Shown: piece after piece, positions 1-10,235 of the stretch
Position numbering within the stretch: the first letter of the stretch is position 1
How the letters are laid out: each line of letters starts with the position of its first letter
Source of the DNA: Aulosira sp. ZfuVER01
GTDB lineage: Bacteria > Cyanobacteriota > Cyanobacteriia > Cyanobacteriales > Nostocaceae
DNA: 64,000 nucleotides
Assembly: GCA_034530615.2 (NCBI GenBank)
Contig: JAVRCV020000056.1
Coordinates: 13,034 to 77,033 of the forward strand
Direction of reading: 5' to 3'
Notes under the pieces: generated by a model
What the model saw: the letters and a program-made list of their open reading frames with translations, nothing else
Told to the model about the DNA's origin: nothing
Databases searched by the model: none
Translations under genes and position numbers: made by a program

Positions 1-1318
1 CCGTCAGGAAAATTCCTTGCTCTCGCTTCTGTTCAATTAATCGTGTCAGTTCGGCATCGCTAGAAACACCAACATTAAAATCTCCATCGGTAGCTAAAAT
101 GACTCTATTATTAGCAGATTTGATGAAGCTTTGTTTGGCTATTTTGTAGGCGAGTTCAATACCTTGTCCACCAGCAGTGGAGCCTCCAGCCTTTAAGCGA
201 TCGATTGCTGAGTGAATTTTTGCTTTCTGACTACCAGGAGTAGCAGGTAACACCAATCCAGCATTCCCTGCATAGACTACCAAACTTACCCTGTCTTCAG
301 GACGCAGTTGATTTACTAGCAATTTCAAGGACTGTTGCACCAAGGGTAATTTGTTGGGTTCATCCATAGAACCGGAGACATCAATCAAAAATACTAGGTT
401 GCTAGGTGGTAAAGCTGCACTCTCTAGGCGTTTACCTTGCAAACCTACCTGTACCAGCTTGTGTTGCGAATTCCAGGGAGCAGTAGCAACTTCCGTAGTC
501 ACAGAAAAAGGGCGATCGCCTTTTGGTTGGGGATAATTGTAAATAAAATAGTTAATCAATTCTTCAATTCGTACTGCATCCTTTGGCGGTAAGTCTCCTT
601 GAGTAATAAACCGTCGCACGTTGCTGTAGGATGCTGTATCAACATCAATAGAAAAGGTAGAAAGTGAGTCATTACTGACAAGATGAAAGGGATTGTCATC
701 AATCCGGTTGTAGTTTTCTGTGTTGAATCTACCCGTTTGCGGTTCAGCAGCAACCGTTCCCATACGTCTAACAGCTTGAAGTTTAGGGCTGGCAGGGCGG
801 TTAACAAATTGCTCTTGAGCAGATGAGCTAGACGGAATACTAGGAAGTGGGGGTAAGGCTTGAGTCTTGCGATTAGTCCTAGTAGGAGTGATGTTACTAC
901 GGGCATCCAACTCATCTGTCCGATTTCTGAGGGTTGCTAACTCTGGTGCAAATTCGTACTGCAAGCGTTGCAGGGTTTTCAGATCTGCTGGGTTGGGATT
1001 AGTCGCTATTAGCTCATTGCTGCGATTCACACAGGCATTTAAGACGCTGGCAAACTCAGCCCGGGTTATAGGCAGAGTGCCAAAGTTTTGGATTGAGACG
1101 ACACAACTATATTTTTGTACCAATGCCTGGAGTGACTGGTAGTCAGGGTGATTGGGTAGAATGGAGGTAGCTGGGGTAGAACTTTGAAGAGTCCGATCGG
1201 CTGGAATCGCAACCGTAGCAGGCTGACGTAAAATGGCAATTCCGACTGACGGTATCAATAATAACACAGTCACAATACTGATTCGCTGCCAGAGTTTGGA
1301 TGGAATCGGGTAAGACAT
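1..1318 (-). CDS. Secreted VWA-domain protein (YfbK-like) with N-terminal porin-type SLH/coiled-coil region; runs off the left edge
   Basis: Own translation from ATG 1318: signal-like N-terminus, then QSLQALVQKYSC..TRAEFASVLNAC, then STFSIDVDTASYSNVRR, NLVFLIDVSGSM (MIDAS) and ILATDGDFNVG; not in the ORF track because it has no stop inside the window. Confidence 0.88.
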   Translation of the reverse strand, partial: MSYPIPSKLWQRISIVTVLLLIPSVGIAILRQPATVAIPADRTLQSSTPATSILPNHPDYQSLQALVQKYSCVVSIQNFGTLPITRAEFASVLNACVNRSNELIATNPNPADLKTLQRLQYEFAPELATLRNRTDELDARSNITPTRTNRKTQALPPLPSIPSSSSAQEQFVNRPASPKLQAVRRMGTVAAEPQTGRFNTENYNRIDDNPFHLVSNDSLSTFSIDVDTASYSNVRRFITQGDLPPKDAVRIEELINYFIYNYPQPKGDRPFSVTTEVATAPWNSQHKLVQVGLQGKRLESAALPPSNLVFLIDVSGSMDEPNKLPLVQQSLKLLVNQLRPEDRVSLVVYAGNAGLVLPATPGSQKAKIHSAIDRLKAGGSTAGGQGIELAYKIAKQSFIKSANNRVILATDGDFNVGVSSDAELTRLIEQKREQGIFLT

Positions 1319-1982
1319 GACTAAATTCTCACACTAATTCGGGTATCGGCTCAAAACTTCATAGGATGTGTGGCAGCCCTGTCTATTTAGACGGGGTTAC
1401 TGACATTTGAAGGCTATAATCTAGAATAATCTTGAGCAGCTTGAGATTTCATAGCTGTTGCAGTTTTGGTAACTGTAACTGGTGGCAGTGATTGTACTGA
1501 TACAGTGAGATTGCGTCACAACTGCCAGCCTATTGCTCATAATAAGTAGTCGTGCAAAATAAATTATGCATTTAGACAAGGGAACAGGTAACAGACAGTT
1601 TGGTTGAAAACCTTGATTTTCTTGTTGACGAATTTCTATATGCCAAGAGCCTTAATAACGACCAGTTTTAATAACAGACTTTGGAATATGAAAATTATTG
1701 GAAGATTGTGCAATAGCACGAACATCTTGTCTCCCTATTTAAATATTTGCCCAAAAATGTTAAAAATAATCTTCTAACTATCTATATATGAGATGAAGCT
1801 ATTCATGTTAGATAAAGGCTCTATTTCTTCTAGATTCATAATTATTTTGAAGGTTGAATTAAAAATATGTATCGAATTTGCATTATTAGTTTTTTCTACT
1901 CAGAAATTAATGATGCGTTGAACTATGATGCTTAAATTACAAGGGTTTGCTTCTAGCATCGCTTTTATAAAAATTGTGTTTA

Positions 1983-2237
1983 CTACTCCAAATTTAACAA
2001 TATTTTAGGTAATGATTTAAGAGCCTGAGTTAAACCTTTAGCACCTGTAATTTTCATTCCTGCGTATGGTCTTTTGGCTTTGAGGATTTGAAAACAATGC
2101 CGTTGTGCATCTCGTTTTAGTACTCTGTGTAGGTTCTTATTGGTGACTTTTTCACCTAAAGTTTGCGAAAGCGATCGCCACAGTTCGTAACCAACATCTT
2201 TGATGTGACTAGCATCATATTTAACCTCTCGTGTCAT
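1983..2237 (-). CDS. Small hypothetical protein
   Basis: 84-aa ORF with ATG start and an upstream AGGAGG-like sequence; no recognised motif. Confidence 0.45.
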   Translation of the reverse strand: MTREVKYDASHIKDVGYELWRSLSQTLGEKVTNKNLHRVLKRDAQRHCFQILKAKRPYAGMKITGAKGLTQALKSLPKILLNLE

Positions 2238-2428
2238 TTCTTGGTAAGTTTTACCCTCCTAGGAATAACGAAAGACAATTTCTTGAACTTTGGTTAAGCG
2301 TCCCCGTTCTAATAATTGCTCGACTAGTGCGATCGCCTCTTCTACGGTCATTTACCGACTTAAGAATACCAACATCTTTACAATCTTCGCACTATTTATT
2401 CATCAATTTTACGTAAATCAACTAACTT

Positions 2429-2468
2429 TTTTCGACTTTTCTCCGTCTTTTCTCCGTCTTTTTTCCGA
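2429..2468 (+). promoter_or_regulatory. 11-bp-period direct repeats, candidate OmpR-family binding site
   Basis: TTTTCGA-CTTT-TCTCCGT-CTTT-TCTCCGT-CTTT-TTTCCGA. Confidence 0.5.
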
Positions 2469-2607
2469 CCCTCAAACTTGATACCAGGCAGTAAAGTAGT
2501 GATAGCCTCAACTTTTTATACAGGAGAAGCGATGTCTACGGTAAGGCAGGCGATCTCTTTCTCCAACTAAATAAACTCTTAATTTACAGTTTTTTTGGAA
2601 AAACAAA

Positions 2608-2789
2608 TGATTCAGAAAGTCAAATCATCGAAGAAGTTATGCATCTTGCCTGGGTTGTCAGCAGTTCTATCAACTTGTGTTTTAAACACAGATTCTAGCC
2701 GACTACTGCCTTCTATTAACTCAAGCGCTTTAGCCAAAAACCCTAACAATCTTCCGGTTGGCTTTCGTGAAAGAAGAGAGCAGGGGTAG
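2608..2789 (+). CDS. Small, possibly secreted peptide
   Basis: Basic then hydrophobic N-terminus (MIQKVKSSKKLCILPGLSAVLSTCVL); start position approximate. Confidence 0.35.
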
Positions 2790-2856
2790 CTTTTGGATCT
2801 GACCGATGACAAAAAGCTCCAAAATCCAAAACTGTATCACTACAAACTCATCAAAA

Positions 2857-5202
2857 TTAATGCGATAGACCAATAGCAGCTTGATACAAAGATTGAATCT
2901 TTTGCCCATCATGGGGATACTCAACCACAGCACAATTGCAAGCTACTTGAAAGCGATCGCCTCCGGGAATTGTGAATATTTGTTGGCGAAGGGTAGTTAA
3001 AATGTTACCAAGGCGGTCTTTGACTTCTGTTTTTGTTAACCCAGAAATCCCTATTACAAATTCGCCATTGCCCCAATAACCGAGAACTTCACCACTGCAA
3101 AAGGCTGATTGAAATAGGCTACTCCATCTTTGCAATACTTGGTTTCCAGTTTCATGTCCGTACTTGCTATTAATTTGGCGTAACTCAGTCACACTCAATA
3201 TCGCCAAGCAAAGGGAGTGTTGATGTTTCTGGGCTTGAACAATCAACTTTTGTAAGTCGCGGCTAGACTGTAACTGATTTGCTAGTCCGGTTAAAGGGTC
3301 TTTGGTAGAGAGGGATTTAAGTAAGCGGCTGCGTTCTAAGCGATGGGTAATGCGTGCCAAAAGTTCTACCCCGACAACCGGTTTCACCACATAGTCATCT
3401 CCGCCAACAGCAAACACCTGCTGCACGGTTTCTATATCCCGGTGTGCGGTGAGAAACACAATTGGTAATTCCTGCCATTGGGGATCGGTGCGTACTGCTT
3501 GACACAGTTCTATCCCACTGATGTGGGGCATCTCTACATCCAAAATTAATAAATCTGGTGTGGTAGATTGCAGTACCTCCCAGAAACGCAGGGGTTCATC
3601 TAAGCCCACGATCCGCATACCCCAAGGTTCTAACATGGGGCGCAATGCTGCTAAAACTACAGGATCGTCATCTACTACTAATACATTTACCCGCAGAGTA
3701 TGGGTACGCTGTAATAATTGAGATGAACTATCCCAGATTTGAGCAGCTGTTACAGGCTTGGCTAAAAAACCCCGCGCCCCATACTGAGCCAAAGTTACAC
3801 GTTCTACTAGTTCATCAGCAGCAGCTATCACAAGAACGGGTATAGGCGGAGTACGGGTTGCTAACTCTGATAAAAGTGCCAAACTTTCTTGCCGACATCC
3901 CACCTCACCTACATTTAGCACCACTAGATCGGGTGATGTAGTTTGCAATAAGTTTTTTGCATCCTCTAACTTAGTAATTTGCTGCCAGTGAATTCCTAAG
4001 TTCTGAACAAGTTGTTGCAACTGAGAACCCAGTTGCGGATCGGGGTCAATTAGTAGCAGTCGCGTATTAATTTCTTCTACTATCAAATTGGTAGTTAGAT
4101 TCTCAACCTTTTGCCCCATCAAGTTGATTAAGTTACCCAACTCTTGAATTTGCGATCGCAACTGACTTTTTTGGGTTGAAGACAAATCTCCATCTTTGCT
4201 GAGAATCTGTTCAATTTCCCTGGCTATTTGAGTACCAGTTTCTTGCTCAAACATTCCCAAAACGCCAGCTAGCTTATGTGCTTCTTTTTCTGCGGCTTGG
4301 CGTAACTCCTGAGTTAAGTTGCTAGAGAGGGCGGCGGCGGCTTGTTGCAGTACTGCCATCCGTTGCTGCATCAGCCCTGCATATTGATGCCACAACTTAC
4401 TCATGGCTTGGTTGAACTGCTGTTCAATCTTCGAGATTGGTAATTTTTCTTGCTTTCCTCTAGTTACCGTTGTAGGTTCCTGTTTAGTTGATTTCGGGCT
4501 TTCCTGCTTTCCTTGCTCACCTGCTTCTTTTACAGATGGGTTTAATCGATATCCCAAACCATAAACGTTTTCAATCCAGTCTACTGCTCCGGCGGCTTTC
4601 AACTTTTGCCGTAAGCCTTTAATGTGCGATTTTACACTTTCTTCTTGAGGCGGATCGTCAAAAGTCCAGAGATGTTCGATAATGTTCCCGCGGCTGAAAA
4701 CCCGGGAAGGATTGCGGATAAATAGCTCTAGCAGGCTGTATTCTTTAGGTGTTAAATCTAGAACTTTACTGTTAAATGTTACTTCACAACTACTGGGGTC
4801 GAGACGCAATCCCCCAATTTCCAATACTAAGGAAACTGGAGTATCAGCCCGACGTAACAGCGCCCGAACTCTGGCTTGCAGTTCTCCTAAATCTAAAGGT
4901 TTAATCAGATAATCATCTGCACCAGCATCAAGCCCACGAATGCGATCGCTAGTTGCATCTTTTGCAGTCATTAACAAAATGGGAGTAGAATTGCCACTGG
5001 AGCGTAAGCGTTGACATAAGCTAATACCGTCCAGTTTGGGCAATCCCACATCTATTAATATCAAATCGTAGTTATAACTTTGAGTATATTCCCAACCCAC
5101 AGATCCATCTTGTGCGATGTCAACCACATAGTGTTGTTGCGTTAGCGAATTCAATAAGATATTTACTAAAACCTCATCATCTTCGATCAGCAAGATTTTC
5201 AT
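2857..5202 (-). CDS. Multidomain response regulator REC-wHTH(OmpR)-Hpt-REC-REC-degenerate GGDEF (RcaC-like architecture)
   Basis: MKILLIEDD REC; LTPKEYSLLE..IENVYGLGYRL wHTH; AHKLAGVLG Hpt; DPLTGLAN..YWGNGEF degenerate GGDEF. Confidence 0.92.
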   Translation of the reverse strand: MKILLIEDDEVLVNILLNSLTQQHYVVDIAQDGSVGWEYTQSYNYDLILIDVGLPKLDGISLCQRLRSSGNSTPILLMTAKDATSDRIRGLDAGADDYLIKPLDLGELQARVRALLRRADTPVSLVLEIGGLRLDPSSCEVTFNSKVLDLTPKEYSLLELFIRNPSRVFSRGNIIEHLWTFDDPPQEESVKSHIKGLRQKLKAAGAVDWIENVYGLGYRLNPSVKEAGEQGKQESPKSTKQEPTTVTRGKQEKLPISKIEQQFNQAMSKLWHQYAGLMQQRMAVLQQAAAALSSNLTQELRQAAEKEAHKLAGVLGMFEQETGTQIAREIEQILSKDGDLSSTQKSQLRSQIQELGNLINLMGQKVENLTTNLIVEEINTRLLLIDPDPQLGSQLQQLVQNLGIHWQQITKLEDAKNLLQTTSPDLVVLNVGEVGCRQESLALLSELATRTPPIPVLVIAAADELVERVTLAQYGARGFLAKPVTAAQIWDSSSQLLQRTHTLRVNVLVVDDDPVVLAALRPMLEPWGMRIVGLDEPLRFWEVLQSTTPDLLILDVEMPHISGIELCQAVRTDPQWQELPIVFLTAHRDIETVQQVFAVGGDDYVVKPVVGVELLARITHRLERSRLLKSLSTKDPLTGLANQLQSSRDLQKLIVQAQKHQHSLCLAILSVTELRQINSKYGHETGNQVLQRWSSLFQSAFCSGEVLGYWGNGEFVIGISGLTKTEVKDRLGNILTTLRQQIFTIPGGDRFQVACNCAVVEYPHDGQKIQSLYQAAIGLSH

Positions 5203-5480
5203 GACTAAACTAGTCTTCAATAACGTGAGTTACCGTCTTGTCTATCGATGCACCTATGACCTGTATCGTTAATCATAATCTCTATTGGTTCTTTTGTACC
5301 ATTTTGACAGCGTTAGCGATCGCTTGCGGTTTTTTCATATTTAGTAACACTCTGTGAATGAATTGCGTGCAAATCCAAAGATTGTATTAGGAAATATTGG
5401 CACTTACTCAAAAATATGATAACTAAGTAAAACCTTACATACCAAATATGAAATAGTTCTTGAAGGAGTAATACCAAGAA

Positions 5481-5849
5481 ATGTTAAGGAAATCCATCCT
5501 TATATGTGACGATCTTGTGGATAACTGTATTATCCTTCAAGTAATTTTAGAAATGGAAGGATATACAGTTGAGTGTGTAACCTCTGGTATAGAAGCCATC
5601 AATCAAATTAAATTAAATAAACCCGATTTGCTATTGCTAGATGTAATGATGCCGGGATTGAATGGTTTTGAAGTAGTTAAACTGCTCCGGCAAGATCAAC
5701 ATTTGCAAACTCTACCTATTTTGCTGATTACAGCATATAAACAAATGATTGTCCCGAAGTTAACTCACATAAAAGTTAATAAAGTTCTCCACAAACCTGT
5801 GAATAGTGACGACTTGGTTGAAACAGTTCATGAGGTTCTACAAGCTTAG
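5481..5849 (+). CDS. Single-domain response regulator
   Basis: ILICDD, LLLLDVMMPGLNG, ITA, KP receiver motifs. Confidence 0.9.
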   Translation: MLRKSILICDDLVDNCIILQVILEMEGYTVECVTSGIEAINQIKLNKPDLLLLDVMMPGLNGFEVVKLLRQDQHLQTLPILLITAYKQMIVPKLTHIKVNKVLHKPVNSDDLVETVHEVLQA

Positions 5850-5939
5850 AAATACGAGTAGCTGTAGATTAGTTCAACAGGTTTATGAAGAAAGCTATCA
5901 ACCTTTATATTGCTATTATATTTAAAATAAAAATCAACC

Positions 5940-7301
5940 TCATGCTAACCGTTCTGCTACAGTGCGATCGCTAGAAAATAGAGAAAGAAAATTATTATTT
6001 GTGCGTTTGCGTCCCCGTTTCATTTCTTTTTTGATTTCATCGATGTAAGGGCAAAAATCTACCTGCATTGTGTGTCGTTTGGAATTGACATACTGTTTTT
6101 GTGTCAGTCGCCGTTCTTTCTCTATATGGCGCAACATTTCTGCTTTGCTTGGTAAACTGACGTTTCCAGTAATCACTTCAGCAATCCACTTAGATTGCCA
6201 TTCGGCTAAAGGCATAATTGCACCTATGGGTTGCAACAAACCAATAAAGTAAAGATTGGGATGTTCTGGGTGTACAACTCGCTTGTACAGGGGAAATTCA
6301 TTATCTTGGGGATTAATAAACTCTTTGTCAAAAAACGGAAAAGCAATTTTATAACCCGTACCGTAAATAATGATATCTATTGGCAGTTCTGTACCATCTT
6401 CAAAACGCACGCGATCGCCTGCGAGTTCTTTGATGTTTGGTTTGATTTTTACCCTACCGTAGCCCACAAAATTCAGTAATTCTGAGGAGATTGTTGGATG
6501 TTCGCTTAAGAATTTATGGGTGGGATTGGGGAAACCATAAGCTGATTGCGGGCCGCGCGCTAGATATAACAGGATTTGACCATATAATCTTCGTAAGGCT
6601 AATGGCAACGCAAAAAACAAAGGTGTGAGGTAACTATCAAGAGTTCTACCTAAAATGTACTTTGGTAAAACATAGGCACTGCGACGAGTAGAAAGATAAG
6701 TTTGATTTGCCACTCGTGAAGTCTCACAAGCGATATCACAAGCTGAATTACCAACACCTACAACTAGAACATTTTTGTCATCCATCCCTTCTGGAGTTTT
6801 ATAGTCGTGGGTGTGCATTGTCTTTCCCGTAAATTCTCCCGGGAATTTAGGCAAATTTGGACACCAGTGATGGCCGTTAGCCACAATTACTGCACCATAG
6901 CGCTGCGTTCGTTCCCCGTTAGCGTTTTTGATAGTGACATCATAAGTACCATCGCCAACTGGCGCGACACGACAGACTTGCGTTTTGAAAGTGATTTTGT
7001 CTCGAAACCCAAAATGGTCAACATAAGACTCAAAATATTTGAGAACCTGGTTATGATTGGCATACTGCGGGTAGTCCTCCGGCATGGGAAAATCAGAGTA
7101 GGCCATCTGCCCCTTAGATGAATTGATATGCAAGGATTTATAAGCTGAAGACATCCCGTTATCATTCATGTAGCGCCAATTACCACCAATCCCAGAACCT
7201 TTTTCAAAGCAGTCAAAGGCTATGCCGCGCTCGTGTAAGATTTTAGCAGCAGCAATTCCGGATGAACCAGCACCGATAATACAAACGCGATCAAGAATCA
7301 T
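5940..7301 (-). CDS. Flavin-containing monooxygenase (FMO family)
   Basis: GAGSSG, FTGKTMHTHDYK (FxGxxxHxxxYK), GVGNSA. Confidence 0.92.
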   Translation of the reverse strand: MILDRVCIIGAGSSGIAAAKILHERGIAFDCFEKGSGIGGNWRYMNDNGMSSAYKSLHINSSKGQMAYSDFPMPEDYPQYANHNQVLKYFESYVDHFGFRDKITFKTQVCRVAPVGDGTYDVTIKNANGERTQRYGAVIVANGHHWCPNLPKFPGEFTGKTMHTHDYKTPEGMDDKNVLVVGVGNSACDIACETSRVANQTYLSTRRSAYVLPKYILGRTLDSYLTPLFFALPLALRRLYGQILLYLARGPQSAYGFPNPTHKFLSEHPTISSELLNFVGYGRVKIKPNIKELAGDRVRFEDGTELPIDIIIYGTGYKIAFPFFDKEFINPQDNEFPLYKRVVHPEHPNLYFIGLLQPIGAIMPLAEWQSKWIAEVITGNVSLPSKAEMLRHIEKERRLTQKQYVNSKRHTMQVDFCPYIDEIKKEMKRGRKRTNNNFLSLFSSDRTVAERLA

Positions 7302-7401
7302 ATTAGTAATTCCTCAAAATTTGTTATTGTTAATCTTTTTTCTTTTAAATTCTCTGCGGTTCGTAAAAATACAACCTATAAAAGTGATTTGGTATGAATA
7401 T

Positions 7402-8277
7402 TTATTGCTCAGAAATGCATAGCTTCTTTTCTATTATCCAACTTGTCAAAAGATTTTGGTAAGCTAGCGATCGCTCGGCAAAAAATAGATGCCCCATGCC
7501 CTGCAATACAATTAGTTCAGCGTTAGGAATCTGGCTAGTAAGAAATTTTGCGTGTGCAAGAAGGATAATTGGATCGCGATCGCCACTCAAAATCAGTGTA
7601 GGTGCTTGAATTTTGGGTAAGACATGGCTAATATCCATGTCTGCAAACCACTCAAACAAGTCAACAATATTGTTGAGATTGTGTTTGACGGCATCTGGAT
7701 ACACTGCTTCTACTGTTGTTTGTAGAGTAGGTGCATTCCAATAAGCTGCGCGATCGCCTGCGTTAAAACTACACGCCAACTTGTAGCCAGCTTGATTGAG
7801 CATCAACGCTTTGCAGAGAATTTTACAAAGGAATTTACCAATTACACTATTTTGAGTTAGCCTCTGTAACCATCCCAATAAACCGTGCCATTGTCCTTGA
7901 GAAAAACCAGAAATGCAGAAAACACCTTTTATTTGTTCGGGAAAATTAGCCGCGAGGTTTAAAGCAGCAAACCCACCTGTTGAATAACCAACTAAAGCCA
8001 CTGGTTGCTTACCTACCAATTTGTGAATTGCACTCATCAGGATATCGGCTAGCATATCTGCTGTTAATAACTCAGGTTGATAGGAGTCGGGATAATGGCC
8101 AGGCAAACTGAGGGAATACCAAGGAAGATGTTCTCTAACGAGGGGTGGTAAGTTTGCTATCCAAAAATTAGCAGACAGCGTTATTCCATGCAGAAAAATA
8201 ATTGGTATTCCTGGTTTATTTTGATTTGCACCAAGTGATATTAATTGATGTTCGCCAACTTCAATGTACTGTGACAT
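7402..8277 (-). CDS. Alpha/beta hydrolase (possible thioesterase)
   Basis: FLHG, GYSTGG nucleophile elbow, GDRDP, GMGH. Confidence 0.88.
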   Translation of the reverse strand: MSQYIEVGEHQLISLGANQNKPGIPIIFLHGITLSANFWIANLPPLVREHLPWYSLSLPGHYPDSYQPELLTADMLADILMSAIHKLVGKQPVALVGYSTGGFAALNLAANFPEQIKGVFCISGFSQGQWHGLLGWLQRLTQNSVIGKFLCKILCKALMLNQAGYKLACSFNAGDRAAYWNAPTLQTTVEAVYPDAVKHNLNNIVDLFEWFADMDISHVLPKIQAPTLILSGDRDPIILLAHAKFLTSQIPNAELIVLQGMGHLFFAERSLAYQNLLTSWIIEKKLCISEQ

Positions 8278-8734
8278 GAGAAGTAACTAATTCTTTTTCT
8301 GGCTGTATCTTACTTACACGCTGCCAAATTAAGCTACCAACAATCTCAATACCATTGACAAGCATAGGAGGTGTACTCAAAGTAAGTTGTTCGCCATTTA
8401 ATTGTACAAACCGGACTTGATTTACACCTACCCAGTTTTGGAAAAAACTCACTTCCACATGATGAATAACTCGTTCACCTTGAATTTCATAAGTTCCACA
8501 ATAAGAAACATAACTGTCAGTCGCAGCCACTTTTTCTTCCACAGTACCCGCTGCAATATCTCCGGCTTGAAATTGCGGACGGTTCGCTTTCATCATTGCT
8601 ACAGAAACATAGCCATTATCTGTATAAATAATGTAGCCACTGGGGTTATCTCCTAAAGGATAAAAAACTTGACCAGTTTCAGTTCTAGTTTCACAGCTAA
8701 GAAGTTTCCAAGTACCTACCAGATTATTTTGCAT
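8261..8734 (-). CDS. Lipocalin-like domain protein
   Basis: LVGTWKLLS..PSGYIIYT..YCGTY..W pattern of the Lipocalin_5 type. Confidence 0.8.
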   Translation of the reverse strand: MQNNLVGTWKLLSCETRTETGQVFYPLGDNPSGYIIYTDNGYVSVAMMKANRPQFQAGDIAAGTVEEKVAATDSYVSYCGTYEIQGERVIHHVEVSFFQNWVGVNQVRFVQLNGEQLTLSTPPMLVNGIEIVGSLIWQRVSKIQPEKELVTSHVTVH

Positions 8735-8789
8735 TTTGTTGAATATTCTATTTGCTAATTCTGTTTGATGAGTGAAAGCCTGTTAACTT

Positions 8790-9674
8790 TTAATCAATGC
8801 GGCGAAAAGTTAAGCGTAAAAGAAGTAAATCTCCAGTTAAAAAGCCTAGAAGTGCCAGATAAAGATAACGTTCGTAGCGATCGAAAACAGTTTTACCAAC
8901 CAAATTGATGATTTCTGTACGCTTGCTTCTGAAGTTAGTTAACCATGCTTGGAGAGTGCGGACATAATCTAGGCGATCGTTGCGAACTGTAATTACTTCA
9001 AAAATACCTTCTGCAGCGGCGGTAATTTCTGTGAGTCGCGGAGAATCAGATTCGGGAAATATTTCTTGATTAGCAAACTGAGCGCCTAAACTTTTTTGTA
9101 CTTCTTCTGGTTTTCTCTTCCCATAGGCGATAGTTTGAATGGACATCGAACCCCCGGGATTCAACCATTCATAACAGCGATTAAAGAAGGTACGATAAAC
9201 ATCAATTTTTTCCTGGCTGGATAATTCTGGTTTGACAAAATGTTCAAAAGCACCAATAGAAATAATGGCATCAAAAGGCTGTATTGGTGAGTAGTTTAAC
9301 CAGCTTTCGAGATTAACTTCAATTTGAGGATGCTTGTTAGCAGAAATCCAATTCTTTTGAGCTTCACTTAATGTTAGTCCTACAGCTTGCTCAACTCCAT
9401 GCACATCTACTAAACGTTTGAGTACTGTTCCCCAACCACAACCGATATCTAAAACTCGCTTGGCATTCTTGGCTTTAGCTTGATTAATATGAAAATCAAC
9501 TTTTCTAATTTGAGCTAATTCCAGTGCTTCCTCTGGTTCGCCTTCTTCCCAGATAGCACAAGAATAAATCATAGTACTATCTAGCCAAAGTTGATAAAAA
9601 TCATTGCCTACATCGTAATGGTGTTGGATTGCTTGAGGCGAAGCCCCAGGAGTTGCGGTGTTTGCAGTAGTCAT
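8790..9674 (-). CDS. Cyclopropane-fatty-acyl synthase family SAM methyltransferase
   Basis: IQHHYDVGNDFY, YSCA, VLDIGCGWG, ISIGAFEHF. Confidence 0.9.
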   Translation of the reverse strand: MTTANTATPGASPQAIQHHYDVGNDFYQLWLDSTMIYSCAIWEEGEPEEALELAQIRKVDFHINQAKAKNAKRVLDIGCGWGTVLKRLVDVHGVEQAVGLTLSEAQKNWISANKHPQIEVNLESWLNYSPIQPFDAIISIGAFEHFVKPELSSQEKIDVYRTFFNRCYEWLNPGGSMSIQTIAYGKRKPEEVQKSLGAQFANQEIFPESDSPRLTEITAAAEGIFEVITVRNDRLDYVRTLQAWLTNFRSKRTEIINLVGKTVFDRYERYLYLALLGFLTGDLLLLRLTFRRID

Positions 9675-9716
9675 GATGTTTATGTTTGTGATTAATCGAT
9701 ATGTTGAGCTAAAAAT

Positions 9717-10028
9717 CTAGAGCGCAATTTTAAGTTCTGTTGTGCCTGCTGCTAAACGTTGTGACAAAACTTCGATACTGGGTAAGTCATATAATAAAGT
9801 TGGCGATAAATCCTGTCCGATTAAACTTTCTAAATGGGAAATCAAACTGACTGATGATAATGAATCTAAACCGTATTCATTAAACCGAGCTTTAATATTA
9901 ACTTGATGTGGCTCAACTTCTAAAATTTCGGCAATATAAGCAACTATCGATTCTTGAATTACCTCTGCACTCAGAGTATTTTTTTGAGAGTCTAAGGCAT
10001 TATTAGTAACAGTACTGGTGAGTTCCAT
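9717..10028 (-). CDS. Acyl carrier protein
   Basis: YGLDSL phosphopantetheine motif, LLYDLPSI. Confidence 0.9.
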   Translation of the reverse strand: MELTSTVTNNALDSQKNTLSAEVIQESIVAYIAEILEVEPHQVNIKARFNEYGLDSLSSVSLISHLESLIGQDLSPTLLYDLPSIEVLSQRLAAGTTELKIAL

Positions 10029-10074
10029 CTTCAAAACCTTATTGAGTATCAGTTGAATTGCTTTGATACTTTAC

Positions 10075-10108
10075 AGATTAGAGATAAATCGGGGAGAACT
10101 AGGGGAGA
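10075..10108 (-). promoter_or_regulatory. Direct-repeat operator plus -10 upstream of ACP gene
   Basis: Minus strand TCTCCCC-TAGT-TCTCCCC-GATTTATCTC-TAATCT. Confidence 0.75.
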
Positions 10109-10235
10109 AGAATACCAGGTGTAGATTTTAGATTTGGATTGCAAGTAATCGCCTTAAAGCTAAAAGCCCACATAGGTGGGCTAAATGTGAAAAACAACTG
10201 TTATGCTCTGCGCAACCGTATAAGAAGTTACATCA

